Assembly (NCBI GenBank): GCA_951406725.2
Contig: OX597816.1
Span: 104,780,001 to 104,844,000 of the forward strand
DNA: 64,000 bases
Reading direction: 5' to 3'
Origin: Octopus vulgaris
Lineage: Eukaryota
Shown: positions 1 to 12,073 of the stretch, one piece after another
How the letters are laid out: every line of letters begins with the position of its first letter
Position numbering within the stretch: position 1 is the first letter of the stretch
Notes under the pieces: generated by a model
What the model was told of the DNA's origin: nothing
The model's database searches: none
Seen by the model: the letters and a program-made list of their open reading frames with translations, nothing else
Made by a program: the position numbers and the translations under genes

Positions 1-18
1 TAATAATAATAATAATAA

Positions 19-170
19 ATTGCACTACTAGGCACTGCACACATCCTACGCAGAACACTTTCCATACAATAACCATCAGAGCATCACAACAAATCACAGC
101 ACATACCCAAGGCACACAGAGCTGCGCTCGGTAGTGAAGTGAAAGCACGCTATAAAAATAAAACTACTGA
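19..170 (+). mobile_element. 3' end of RLE-type (R4/Dong-like) non-LTR retrotransposon in a (TAA)n tract
   Basis: 19-72 translates IALLGTAHILRRTLSIQ*, the typical RLE-LINE C-terminus. A ~100-bp 3' UTR follows, and (TAA)n lies on both sides. The same UTR recurs inverted at 25904-26010. Confidence 0.8.
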
Positions 171-182
171 ATAATAATAATG

Positions 183-254
<72 letters not shown>

Positions 255-268
255 TCATTATTATTATA
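171..268. repeat. (TAA)n microsatellite
   Basis: Direct reading; polarity switches to (TTA) near 256. Confidence 0.95.
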
Positions 269-417
269 TGATACCTTAGTCATAGTACAAGACCAAATAT
301 ATGGCACCCTATGCATGAACATGAACTTCTAACTTGTATCTTGAGGTCTCTGGGTGAGACTTGGACCCAATTTGTACAAATGTAAAGCGAAAGTCAAACA
401 TAATATAATAATAATAA

Positions 418-1148
418 CACATGTAGGGACTGCACAATGAATTCCATGCAGCCACAACAGAAGTTGCTGGAAAAACTAGGTGGGATTGGCTTATGAAAGG
501 AACACTGCAAAAAGAAACCGAGAGCACTATACTGGTAGTGCAAGACCAAGCTTTGGAAACGAACTGGAGTGTCAACCTTAGGAATGAGCAAGTGTCTCCG
601 CTGTGTCGCATCTGCAACAGGATGGATGAATGCATAGCCCTAGACTTGCCCAAAATCACTACAATTTGTGGTGAGACGATCAGGTAGCTAAAGTGCTACA
701 TCGGAAACTATGCGAAATATGGGGGCTAGACAGGCAAGGTGTGGTATGAGCACGAACCGCAGAGAGTGGCGGAGTCGGAGACTAGCAAAATCCTCTGCGA
801 TTTCCCAATCCAAACAGATCAGGTGCTAGAGAATAACAGACCGGACCTAGTGGTGATGGACAAGATTCACCACATATGTTATATAGCTGATGTTGCATGC
901 CCCTTTGCCCCACGAATAGTCAAGAAGCAAGGCGAAAAGCTAAACACAACCCTCTTCAGTACGAAATATCCCGACTATGGAAAATTAAGGTGAAAATAGT
1001 GCCAATTATTGTTGGGTTCTTGGGAACAGAAAGCATCAAGGGGAATATAAAGAAAATGGGATTAGAGTGCCCAGTAGAACTGTTACAAAAAGTTTACCTC
1101 CTTGGCACGGCCAGAATAATCAGCAAAGTATTAGAAATAATGAAATAA
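418..1148 (+). pseudogene. Degenerate R4/Dong-like LINE ORF: post-RT region, CCHC zinc knuckle and restriction-like endonuclease
   Basis: Frameshifted ORFs give WDWLMKGTLQKETESTILVVQDQAL, PLCRIC, WYEHEPQRVAESETSKILCDFPIQTD, NNRPDLVVMDK...IADVACP (PD-D motif), KIVPIIVGFLG and LLQKVYLLGTARIISKVL. Confidence 0.9.
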
Positions 1149-1299
1149 TGAAATGAAATAATGTTGATATATATCAGTGTCCATACTGAAATAGGTAGTT
1201 TCTACACAGAAGGTCAACATTTCCATCAAGTTTCTTATTGGTATACTAGTGCGTTTTATTAGATGGATGTCTGTCACTAGTTTTTCTCGTATCACTGAT

Positions 1300-1565
1300 A
1301 GTGCTTCACCAGTTGGGACATCTTAGATCATGTGACCTTATACAGGGACCTACTCGAGCTACTCGACTTGAAGAAAATTCTAACTGGGCCCCACTTTCAA
1401 GGTCATGCGCTGTTTATCTTGTTATGATATCACCATGTCGCGCACATATATTTGTGATGCATGTGCCTAGTGTACCCTTATGAGATAGGTAGTCAGGCGG
1501 GGTATACTGGGTTTGGTATATTTTATCTCAGTGTCACTTTGGTGGTATGCACTGTCTCTCACGCA
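1300..1565 (+). mobile_element. Probable 3' UTR of another non-LTR retroelement ending in (AAT)n
   Basis: A more GC-rich block ends directly in aataataataat inside the LINE cluster; no coding signature, so the assignment is contextual. Confidence 0.35.
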
Positions 1566-1575
1566 ATAATAATAA

Positions 1576-1576
<1 letters not shown>

Positions 1577-1606
<30 letters not shown>

Positions 1607-1689
1607 AAGAAGAAGAAGAAGAAGAAGAAGAAGAAGAAGAAGAAGAAGAAGAAGAAGAAGAAGAAGAAGAAGAAGAAGAAGAAGAAGAA
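1577..1689. repeat. (GAA)n microsatellite
   Basis: Perfect trinucleotide run. Confidence 0.97.
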
Positions 1690-1912
1690 TTTGTACATCG
1701 GGAACTCTAAGCAAAGACAGGCAAATGGTTGAAGGAAATTGGAATAGAATGTCATATAGAGCTTCCACAGAAAGTCTACCTTTGAGGAATATGAAAGATT
1801 ATCAGATGGCTTCTAAGCACTTGAAAGATTACTGAAAGATAGTGAATACCTAAGATTACCTGCAACCCACTCACAACCTGCAAGGATTGATTGAAATCAA
1901 AAGTAATAATAA
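1690..1912 (+). mobile_element. Second degenerate RLE-LINE C-terminus plus 3' UTR
   Basis: KWLKEIGIECHIELPQKVYL*GI*KIIRWLLST* parallels IKKMGLECPVELLQKVYLLGTARIISKVLE at ~1047-1136; ends in taataataat. Confidence 0.7.
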
Positions 1913-2246
1913 TCCTACGGTGATAGTGATGATGATGATGGCGATGACGACGATGATGATGAGGATGATAGTGTGATGGGTATTTATAATTGTTTATTAA
2001 ATGAAAGTTCTAATTTAATGATAATTATAAACGCAGTTTAATTATAGCAATATCCTCTGAATGGATAATTAAACATTTTAGGTAATATCGCATACATGGG
2101 GTTTTAAATTAAACGGAAGCACGTTCACAAATTAAAATTGTGGTTTATCCCAAATTTATGATTTGAATAAAGAGGCTTAAAGAGAAAGGAGCAGAAACTA
2201 AAAGAATTACAGAATGTGTATACATACATGCACACACACACATGTG

Positions 2247-2291
<45 letters not shown>

Positions 2292-2302
2292 TATATAGAA
2301 GG

Positions 2303-2353
2303 AGCTTCTACAGGACTAGTACTGTTTCATTCAAGAGAAATCTTCAGGAAGCT
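2303..2353 (-). ncRNA. Minimal type I hammerhead ribozyme motif (left arm)
   Basis: Exact reverse complement of 6619-6669. Confidence 0.7.
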
Positions 2354-2772
2354 ATTTAACAAGAATTGTATTAGCATTTATACATTTAGGCAGGTTTAAA
2401 GGAGTGGTGGTGGGGGACTTTTTTGGGGGTAGGCATAGCGCAAAATATCATACTTGGGGGAGTGGTCAAGGAGTCAGTGGTAAGTTAGATGAAAGAATAG
2501 ATAAATAAAAAAATAAAAAAATAAAAAAATAAAAAAAATAAAAAAACAAAAAAATAATAAAATAAAAAATAAATAAAAAAATAAAAAAATAAAAAAATAA
2601 AAAAATAAAAAAATAAAAATAAGAAAATAAAAAATAAAAAATATATATAAATATAAAAAATATATATAAAAAAATATATATATAAAAAAAGGGGGGATAG
2701 AGTTATAGGTAAATAAGGAGATTCTCACTTATACCTATACACATATGTATACGTATCTACACACATATATAT

Positions 2773-2807
<35 letters not shown>

Positions 2808-3113
2808 CACATATATACACATATACATACATATCTACATACACACATACATACACCCGCCCACATATACAAATTTATACACATGCACATGCATATACCT
2901 GTCTACACATACACACACGTATATATGCATACACTCACTCCCATGCATGCACGCATACACACATGTATATATATACCCACGACCACACATACATATATAC
3001 ACAGAAAAATATATATTCATACGCACATACACTCATGCACACACAACACACCTAGTTCCCTATATACACATATTTACACCTATATATACATACACCCACA
3101 TACACATATGTAC

Positions 3114-3144
<31 letters not shown>

Positions 3145-3253
3145 TACATATACACGCATACATATATATACACATGTGTGCACATACATACACATACACA
3201 TATACATACACACACACATACACATGTGTACCTATACATACCTACACATACAC

Positions 3254-3302
<49 letters not shown>

Positions 3303-3693
3303 CAATACTGGCCCATTCCTAATTTTAATTTTATTATCTTCATTTATTACTTTTGTTATCTTTGATCGCTAGAGCTAAGGATCCTGGCTATGGCAGCAAG
3401 TCCATTTGTCTGTCTACTAGAAGGTAAGTACTCATTCCCGCACGCACACTCATTAGCACGTACATTCACCCATTCGTACACTCATACACATACACGTACG
3501 CACGCGTTATATTCATACATACAAACATCTACATACGTTCACGTATATACACATACGTACTGTACCTACAGATTCTGTGTCTACACTTTAGGAGGCTAGT
3601 CTATACATATACACCAATAAATATACATATATATATATACATATACACATATACATACACACACACACATATACTCCTACATACAGATACATA

Positions 3694-3743
<50 letters not shown>

Positions 3744-3953
3744 CATACATACACATACACACATATATATACACACACATACATACACATATATATACAT
3801 ACACAAACATATATACACACATATATATATATATATATACACACATACACACACATACATACATATACACACAAACACATACATACGTATACATACATAC
3901 ATACATCCATACATCCATACTTACATGCATTTATACGCATACACACAGCCATC

Positions 3954-3984
<31 letters not shown>

Positions 3985-4022
3985 TCACACATACATATAC
4001 AAATATACGCACACACATACAC

Positions 4023-4434
4023 ATATACATGCGTACCCATACACGTGCACACACGCACGTGCATCCATATATATACACACACACACATATATACACGTGT
4101 GCAAGCATACATACATACTCATACACGCACACATACTTACATATACATATATGCACACACTTACACACATATATACATACACATATACATGCATACATAC
4201 ATATATGCATACATACACATACACGCACATACACATATACATGCGTACCCATACACGTGCACACACGCACGCGCATCCATATATATACACACACACACAT
4301 ATATACACGTGTGCAAGCATACATACATACTCATACACGCACACATACTTACATATACATATATGCACACACTTACACACATATATACATACACATATAC
4401 ATGCATACATACATATATGCATACATACACACAC
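4023..4434. repeat. 212-bp tandem unit (about 2 copies) at the inner end of the arm, mirrored at ~4530-4915
   Basis: gcgtacccatacacgtgcacacacgcac at 4031 and 4243; atgggtacgc at 4681 and 4893. Confidence 0.85.
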
Positions 4435-4980
4435 GTGTGTGTATGTATGCATATATGTATGTATGTATGTATGCATGTATATGTGTATGTATATATGTGT
4501 GTATGCATATATGTATATATGTATGTATGCATGTATATGTGTATGTATATATGTGTGTAAGTGTGTGCATATATGTATATGTAAGTATGTGTGCGTGTAT
4601 GAGTATGTATGTATGCTTGCACACGTGTATATATGTGTGTGTGTGTATATATATGGATGCGCGTGCGTGTGTACACGTGTATGGGTACGCATGTATATGT
4701 GTATGTGCGTGTATGTGTATGTATGCATATATGTATGTATGCATGTATATGTGTATGTATATATGTGTGTAAGTGTGTGCATATATGTATATGTAAATAT
4801 GTGTGCGTGTATGAGTATGTATGTATGCTTGCACACGTGTATATATGTGTGTGTGTGTATATATATGGATGCACGTGCGTGTGTGCACGTGTATGGGTAC
4901 GCATGTATATGTGTATGTGCGTGTATGTGTATACGTGTATGTATGTATGTGTGTGCGTATATTTGTATATGTATGTGTGA

Positions 4981-5017
<37 letters not shown>

Positions 5018-5241
5018 GATGGCTGTGTGTATGCGTATAAATGCATGTAAGTATGGATGTATGGATGTATGTATGTATGTATACGTATGTATGTGTTTGT
5101 GTGTATATGTATGTATGTGTGTGTATGTGTGTATATATATATATATATATATGTGTGTATATATGTTTGTGTATGTATATATATGTGTATGTATGTGTGT
5201 GTATATATATGTGTGTATGTGTATGTATGTATATGTATATG

Positions 5242-5293
<52 letters not shown>

Positions 5294-5686
5294 TATGTAT
5301 CTTTATGTAGGAGTATATGTGTGTGTGTGTATGTATATGTGTATATGTATATATATATATGTATATTTATTGGTGTATATGTATAGACTAGCCTCCTAAA
5401 GTGTAGACACGAATCTGTAGGTACGAGTACGTATGTGTATATACGTGAACGTATGTAGATGTTTGTATGTATGAATATAACGCGTGCGTACGTGTATGTG
5501 TATGAGTGTACGAATGGGTGAATGTACGTGCTAATGAGTGTGCGTGCGGGAATGAGTACTTGCCTTCTAGTAGACAGACAAATGGACTTGCTGCCATAGC
5601 CAGGATCCTTAGCTCTAGCGATCAAAGATAACAAAAGTAATAAATGAAGATAATAAAATTAAAATTAGGGAATGGGCCAGTATTGG

Positions 5687-5731
<45 letters not shown>

Positions 5732-5840
5732 GTGTATGTGTAGGTATGTATAGGTACACATGTGTATGTGTGTGTGTATGTATATGTGTATGTGTATGTA
5801 TGTGCACACATGTGTATATATATGTATGCGTGTATATGTA

Positions 5841-5878
<38 letters not shown>

Positions 5879-6169
5879 TATGTGTATGTGGGTGTATGTA
5901 TATATAGGTGTAAATATGTGTATATAGGGAACTAGGTGTGTTGTGTGTGCATGAGTGTATGTGCGTATGAATATATATTTTTCTGTGTATATATGTATGT
6001 GTGGTCGTGGGTATATATATACATGTGTGTATGCGTGCATGCATGGGAGTGAGTGTATGCATATATACGTGTGTGTATGTGTAGACAGGTATATGCATGT
6101 GCATGTGTATAAATTTGTATATGTGGACGGGTGTATGTATGTGTGTATGTAGATATGTATGTATATGTG

Positions 6170-6222
<53 letters not shown>

Positions 6223-6618
6223 ATATATATGTGTGTAGATACGTATACATATGTGTATAGGTATAAGTGAGAATCTCCTTATTTACCTATAACTCTATCC
6301 CCCCTTTTTTATATATATATTTTTTTATATATATTTTTTATATTTATATATATTTTTTATTCTTTATTTTTTTATTTTTTTATTTTTTTATTTTTTTATT
6401 TTTTTATTTATTCTTTTATTTTATTATTTTTTTATTTTTTTATTTTTTTATTTTTTTATTTTTTTATTTATCTATTCTTTCATCTAACTTACCACTGACT
6501 CCTTGACCACTCCCCCAAGTATGATATTTTGCGCTATGCCTACCCCCAAAAAAGTCCCCCACCACCACTCCTTTAAACCTGCCTAAATGTATAAATGCTA
6601 ATACAATTCTTGTTAAAT

Positions 6619-6669
6619 AGCTTCCTGAAGATTTCTCTTGAATGAAACAGTACTAGTCCTGTAGAAGCT
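6619..6669 (+). ncRNA. Minimal type I hammerhead ribozyme motif (right arm)
   Basis: Stem I AGCTTC/GAAGCT; core CTGAAGA; short stem II (T)TTC-TCTT-GAA(T); GAAA; stem III ACAG/CTGT with a palindromic ACTAGT loop; GUA cleavage triplet, cut predicted after 6663. Confidence 0.72.
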
Positions 6670-7074
6670 CCTTCTATATAATAAATTAATTTTACTCTGC
6701 TATGTATTGAGTACCTTACTTACTGTGGTTAACCCCGAATCAACCCGGGACCTACATATATATATATATATATATACATACAAGTAAGTCACACACAAAA
6801 TCAATTAGAACGGAAATAAAGTTAAATCTTGATTGTTCGAGAAAAAAACGGACCTAAGCATATTGCTTTGAAGCTTTCTATGTGCAGAGAAAAGGGGGAG
6901 TCCCCTGAATAACTAGCTGATGATAGTAGAGGTCTCTCAGTAAAGAGTATTCTGAGAAACTGTTCCACGATTTGGTAAACGCCACTTAATGAAGACTTAC
7001 TCTATTTGGTTCCCCTATCTCTAGCATGGATTCAGAAGTTATGTTTTTATATGGTATTCATTAAGGTTGTCGTG

Positions 7075-7266
7075 TACATCTTGAAGAAGCCATCAACAAA
7101 CCGCGAAACGGCCAATTTGGAGACCCATCACGTCTTTATCAACGTACAAGGCAAGATTTTCGGGATAGTTTTACCTTATATGAGGGAAATGGATGAAGGA
7201 GCGGGAAAATGGAAGACCAAAATATATCTATTCGCAGATAAAAACTATTCGAAACGTCTTATGTAA
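7075..7266 (+). pseudogene. Possible heavily deleted LINE reverse-transcriptase remnant
   Basis: LEEAINKPRNGQ (cf. xxAIxxLKNGK), THHVFIN (cf. HxFIDxxKAFD) and YLFADK (cf. LFADD) occur in the right order but far too close together. Confidence 0.3.
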
Positions 7267-7469
7267 AAGACAGACAGAGCACCTTACCAAAATATTTACA
7301 TGAGAGGTTTTCTTGAGATATACAAAGACAAATTATCAACGAATTGTTTATAATATTAGAGTCACAACCCTTTCTTAGAATCTATTGACATTATTAATAA
7401 TAGTGTTGTTATCTTTTATGGCAGCTTTCAAGGTGCATTTTAATCCTAATATTGATTCTGCATTTTTTT

Positions 7470-7674
7470 TAATTTGGCACAAAGCCAGCAAGTTCGGGAA
7501 AGGAGACCAGGTCGATTACATCTACCCCACTGTTCAACTGATGCGTACTTTTATTGACCCCGAAATGATGAAAAGCAAACTCGATTCCGGTGGTATTTGA
7601 ACTCAGAATGTATAGACAGACGAACGTTACTAAGTATTTTGTCCTGCGCGGTGATGTGTCTGCCAGCTTCGCCT
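7470..7674 (-). mobile_element. tRNA-derived SINE, family A (core gcctttcatcctttcggggtcgataaa), degenerate
   Basis: Reverse complement aligns by eye to the copies at 12074 and 47592. Confidence 0.8.
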
Positions 7675-7687
7675 TAATTTTATCCTT

Positions 7688-8202
7688 AATATTAACTCAA
7701 TGGTGAGGGGTGGTGAGCAGGCAGAATCGTTACCAGTTGAACGATGTGGTCGGCTTACCGAACACCACCGATCTTGTTGGCCTAGTGCAAAATTTCAAGC
7801 CAATATTAACTCAAGGGTGAAAGCTGCGAGTTGGCAGAATTGTTAGCACACCGAGAAAAATGCTTAGCGGTATTTCGTCCGTATTTCCGTTGAGTTGAAA
7901 TTGCGGCGAAGTCGACCTTGCCTATCATCATGTTGAAGACTTACCCATTCTCCCGAAATTCCTGGCCTTGTGCTAAAATATGAAATTACTATTAACTCAA
8001 AGGAGGGTGAATGGCTAGCAGAATCGTTAGCATGCCGAGCAAAATTCTTAGCGTCAATTTGTCCGTCTTTATGTTCTGAGTTCAATTGCTTTTCCAGGGT
8101 CGACCTTGCTTTTCATCCTTTCATAGTCCATAAAATAAGTACCAGTTGAGCTCTGGGGTCGATATAATCAACTAGTCCCCTCCCACAATATTTCAGGCCT
8201 CA
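7688..8202 (+). mobile_element. Three tandem, variably deleted SINE family A units
   Basis: Units start with (a)tattaactcaa at ~7688, 7802 and 7989, each followed by an A-box-like gcagaatcgttag and a ggcct(a/t)gtg tail. Confidence 0.75.
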
Positions 8203-8389
8203 GTATTTACGCTTATCCTTTTGATAACAATTACCACTGTCAAAGCGCCTCCTCCATTCCAGGTTTTACGTCATCTCCGATTCGCAATTTATTCACACAT
8301 TACTCTGAATGTTGAAACTTTGCCTTTTGCAATCATTGTTCATATATTTGCAATTTTAAAATTTTGTCTGGTCACTATTGATATCTTTA

Positions 8390-8420
<31 letters not shown>

Positions 8421-8703
8421 ACATATATTTTGAATATATAAGTACAATGTTCATTGTGTATATATGTCTGTGCACACCTTTCAATGCCATGTATGCCATA
8501 AGGTCTGCAAATCTAACGGAGGTCTTAAAAGACATTTTAAGATCCACAAATATTATAACTTAATTGCAGCTCTTCGTGATCCAAATCGGATATACAATCT
8601 CTGTGGATGTCTTTTCAAAACATTGGTTTAAAAGAAACAAACATATCAGATGCCATGATGTTTCTAAGGTGGTCAGACTCTGCATAAGGAGTAAATAACG
8701 ACC

Positions 8704-8704
<1 letters not shown>

Positions 8705-8776
<72 letters not shown>

Positions 8777-8797
8777 CAAATAAGCTATAGATAGATT

Positions 8798-8834
<37 letters not shown>
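8705..8834. repeat. (GATA)n microsatellite followed by (TA)n/(TG)n
   Basis: Direct reading. Confidence 0.95.
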
Positions 8835-8835
<1 letters not shown>

Positions 8836-8865
8836 CACATAAATACATATTCATATAATTGTATA

Positions 8866-8932
<67 letters not shown>

Positions 8933-9657
8933 ACACTCATTACATATATGTATATATTACATATATATATATATATATTACATATATATACATATTACAT
9001 TTATATATATATATATATATGCATATTACATATATACATTGTGCGTGTGTGCGTGTGTGTGTATTCATTAGGAAACAGGGATTTTGCAGTATCTTCAAAT
9101 TCTTTTGATTCCCATTGATACTTTTTTCCTCTTGTCCTGTCAGGTCATTCAACCTTGGTACCGTAAACAATTGAACTACTCATCTAATTCCACTCAATTA
9201 TTCTCTGTATCATTACACTGTCCTTGCTCGCATTTTACTTTGAATGCTAGAAAGCTTACTATGAAATATCGTGGTGCGAACTCTCACCAATGTATTGCTA
9301 AGAGCTTGACTTATGATGTTTTCGACCATTGTGATTCGGTAATTAGTTTTCTATTATAATTGCTTTCACATTAATAATGCAGTATAGGAATACAAATCGA
9401 TCGTAGTACTCGACTGTTACATTATTGTATCGACCGCTTCAAGTATCGAAACTATAAATTAACTGTCAAGTACTGAGATCGATTTATATTCCTTGCTGTC
9501 GTCAACACTAACAGGATTTAAACTTGAACTTAAATAGCCATATCTAAATACTATTGTGCATTTTTTCTGACTTTCTAACAATTCTGAAATGCATCATGCG
9601 TTTTATATGGATTGATCATAAATCCCTTTATAAATTGTTTTCGGAATCTTTTTCATG

Positions 9658-10539
9658 GGCAGCTCGATTAATTCATTTTCTTTACCTGAACACTTTGAAA
9701 CTTCGGGTACTGGTAGAATGTGTCATATAGAACATCTTTTACTCTTAGCGTTGTTGAGAAAAGTTTCTATTTACGAAGTTATTTAGTGTTAAAGTTGTCT
9801 TATTTCGGTAATTTCAACCAATCAATGACGTGTATTCAGCTGAATAAAATTACTGTTGTTGTATGTCAACAACAACTTCCGGCGGTGCATATTTCGTTTG
9901 TCACTGTTATTTATGACATATTTCATCAATAACCGAGTGTATCTGAAGCACGTTTACTTCATGACACTACCATTATCGTTCGTGCATTTCTACTGCTTTT
10001 AGGGTTTTTTTCTGTTTTTTTAGCTACAATTTTCGTAAAGACATCTTCCCCCACCCCATTTTCTGGCAAATCATTATTTTTTTTTTGTCAAAAACACAGC
10101 TTTCCGGATATGGAGATTCCGGAAATTTGCCAAAAATCGCAATTCGGAAATTTTTGCCAAGCCCCCCCCCCCCCACTCCAATTTCTTCAGTTTACACTTT
10201 TTCCGTAACCCTAACCCTAAAACCCTAACCCAAAATCCCTGACCCTAAAACCCTCATCCTAAAACCCTAAAGCTAAAACCAGTACAAACACACGAACGAT
10301 ATCATAAATAACAATGACAAACGAAATATACATCGCCGATAGTCGCTTTTGAGAAACAACAGCAGTAATTTTATTCAACTGAATACACGTCATTGATTAG
10401 TTGAAATTACCGAAATACGACAACTTTAACACGAAATAACTTCGTAAATAGAAATTTTTCTCAACAACGCTAAGTGTAAAAGATGTTCTATATGACACAT
10501 TCTACCAGTATCTGAAGTTAATTAATTTATCGACCCGCC
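9658..10539. mobile_element. MITE/fold-back-like element with ~300-bp inverted repeats and internal telomere-like AACCCT repeats
   Basis: 9699-~10006 is an imperfect reverse complement of ~10260-10519 (e.g. actggtagaatgtgtcatatagaacatctttta / taaaagatgttctatatgacacattctaccagt). Outer tips are ggcagctcgattaatt / aatttatcgacccgcc. (A)AACCCT units lie at 10207-10270. Confidence 0.8.
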
Positions 10540-10589
10540 AATCAAAAGGAACAGATCCTTGTTTTCTTATTTTTGTAGCAATATATATG

Positions 10590-10838
10590 GTTGTCAGTTC
10601 GATTCCCGGAGATGTGTTGTGTCCTTAGAATCCATCCAACTGACATAAATTAGTTGTACCAGTAATTCAAAGGGCCGGCCTTGTCACATTCTCTGTCACG
10701 CAGATGCCCCTGAGAACTATCTCAAGTGTATGCATGCCTGCTGGGTGCTCAGCCACTTGCACGTTAATTTCACGAACATGCTGTTCCGTTCATCGAATCA
10801 ACTGGAGTGCTCATCGTCGTAACTGATGGAGTGTCAGT
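10590..10838 (+). mobile_element. tRNA-derived SINE, family B, 5'-damaged
   Basis: B box gttcgattccc; body (gccttgtcacattct, ctgagaacta, cagccacttgcacgttaatttca) is shared with 61993-62303. Confidence 0.8.
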
Positions 10839-10844
10839 TACCTT

Positions 10845-11015
10845 AAGGCAGGGAGATAGCAAAACCGTTACCGTGCTGGAAAAATGGCTTAGCGGAATTT
10901 TTTTTGACTTTACGTTCTTAGTTCAAATGCTGACTTTGGAACACTGGGGTTGATATAATCGATTTAACCCTGCCCTCGAAATTGCTGGCCTTGTGTCAAA
11001 ACTCGAAACCAATAT
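10845..11015 (+). mobile_element. SINE family A, internally deleted
   Basis: Head, gttcaaat B box, actggggttgatataatcga and gctggccttgtg tail. Confidence 0.7.
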
Positions 11016-12073
11016 TTGATCCAACTCTGCGCTTTAAGTTCAAGTTACACTGATGTTGATAAAATCAGTTCCAGCCAACGAAGTTTGCTAGAACTCTTAG
11101 AATGTCGGTTAAGATGCTTTGAGATATAAGTTCCGCCTCTTCGCATTCTGTTACCGACGCTTCTGATGACAATGGTAACAAGCTGTACCGGCCGATATCG
11201 GATGCAGTCTATATGGATAAACGAAGGTGACTTGGATACAGGACAATTGTATGAGTAACCAAAAGCCAGTCTTCCTCAAAGAATGTTACTACGTTACAGA
11301 CATATATGCGTACTTGTATAATCAACCTTGACCGATGCAAGCTCTATTTAGCTCTATTAAAGATTTAGCTAAAGTATACATACCAATACAAATGTATTGC
11401 TTACCAAAACGGAGTTATGTTATGCTTTCATTAGCAACAGTTGCTACTCCGATTATACAAACAAAAACTAAATTTTCTATCGACCACATTATCTCTTAGG
11501 GTGACAATAGATATTTAAGTTAGTAAATATGCTGCTATGGATTCAGCATGAGTGCTATAATCAAACTTTAATCGTTAAATGAGTACCGGAGACTTAGTAG
11601 ATCGTAATGTAATTGTTACATTTGTTTGTTATTTTCTCCCTCAAATTCGTTTGTGACGTAAATGATAACAATTGTTTCAACAGAAAATCGAAACTACGTT
11701 TCACCGGAAGAATAACAACAATAATGAAAAATGCTAGTAGCTTTATCGATATAGCAGTGTGAAATTATTAGATGTATGGATTAATTGAACTCTAAAACAA
11801 CAATTCACTGTGACATTTTCACGTTCTTGTACAGAAAATATAAATGCGCAATTCAAAATTATGCACTTCAGTCTCTAACTGTAACAAGTGAAGTAAATAT
11901 ACATAATAACGTTTATGATGAAACTTACGTCTCACGCACAATCATATGCATTCATATTATTTTAACCTACTTCAAAAAATCTCCAGTAGAATGCGTATCA
12001 AACAACAATCGTCCACGACAATTAAAATTGTTTGTATCATTATCACCACTGCATCGCTCTGGGCTTAGAATAT

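Larger units (their letters stand above)
2286..6755. mobile_element. 4.4-kb fold-back (palindromic) non-coding element with terminal hammerhead motifs, inserted in (TA)n
   Basis: 2286-4434 is the near-exact reverse complement of 4435-6686, with centre acac|gtgt and no spacer. The right arm continues with a unique ~69-bp tail (6687-6755). (TA)n lies on both flanks. Confidence 0.85.

Noticed and set aside
1461-1835. Poly-Arg, poly-Lys, poly-Phe and poly-Leu ORFs
   Set aside because: Products of the (GAA)n run.
2745-6250. Long ORFs up to 549 aa rich in Y/I/H/T or C/V/M
   Set aside because: Translations of CA/TA dinucleotide repeats that lack stop codons; mirrored on both strands because of the palindrome.
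6915-6968. Additional hammerhead (CTGATGA...GAAAC)
   Set aside because: Stems I and II do not close directly on the core boxes; probably chance.
7688-8202. CRISPR-like repeat-spacer array
   Set aside because: Eukaryotic context, the 'spacers' are SINE sequence, and there are no cas genes.
10207-10270. True telomere or chromosome-fusion site
   Set aside because: Short, irregular and internal to an inverted-repeat element.
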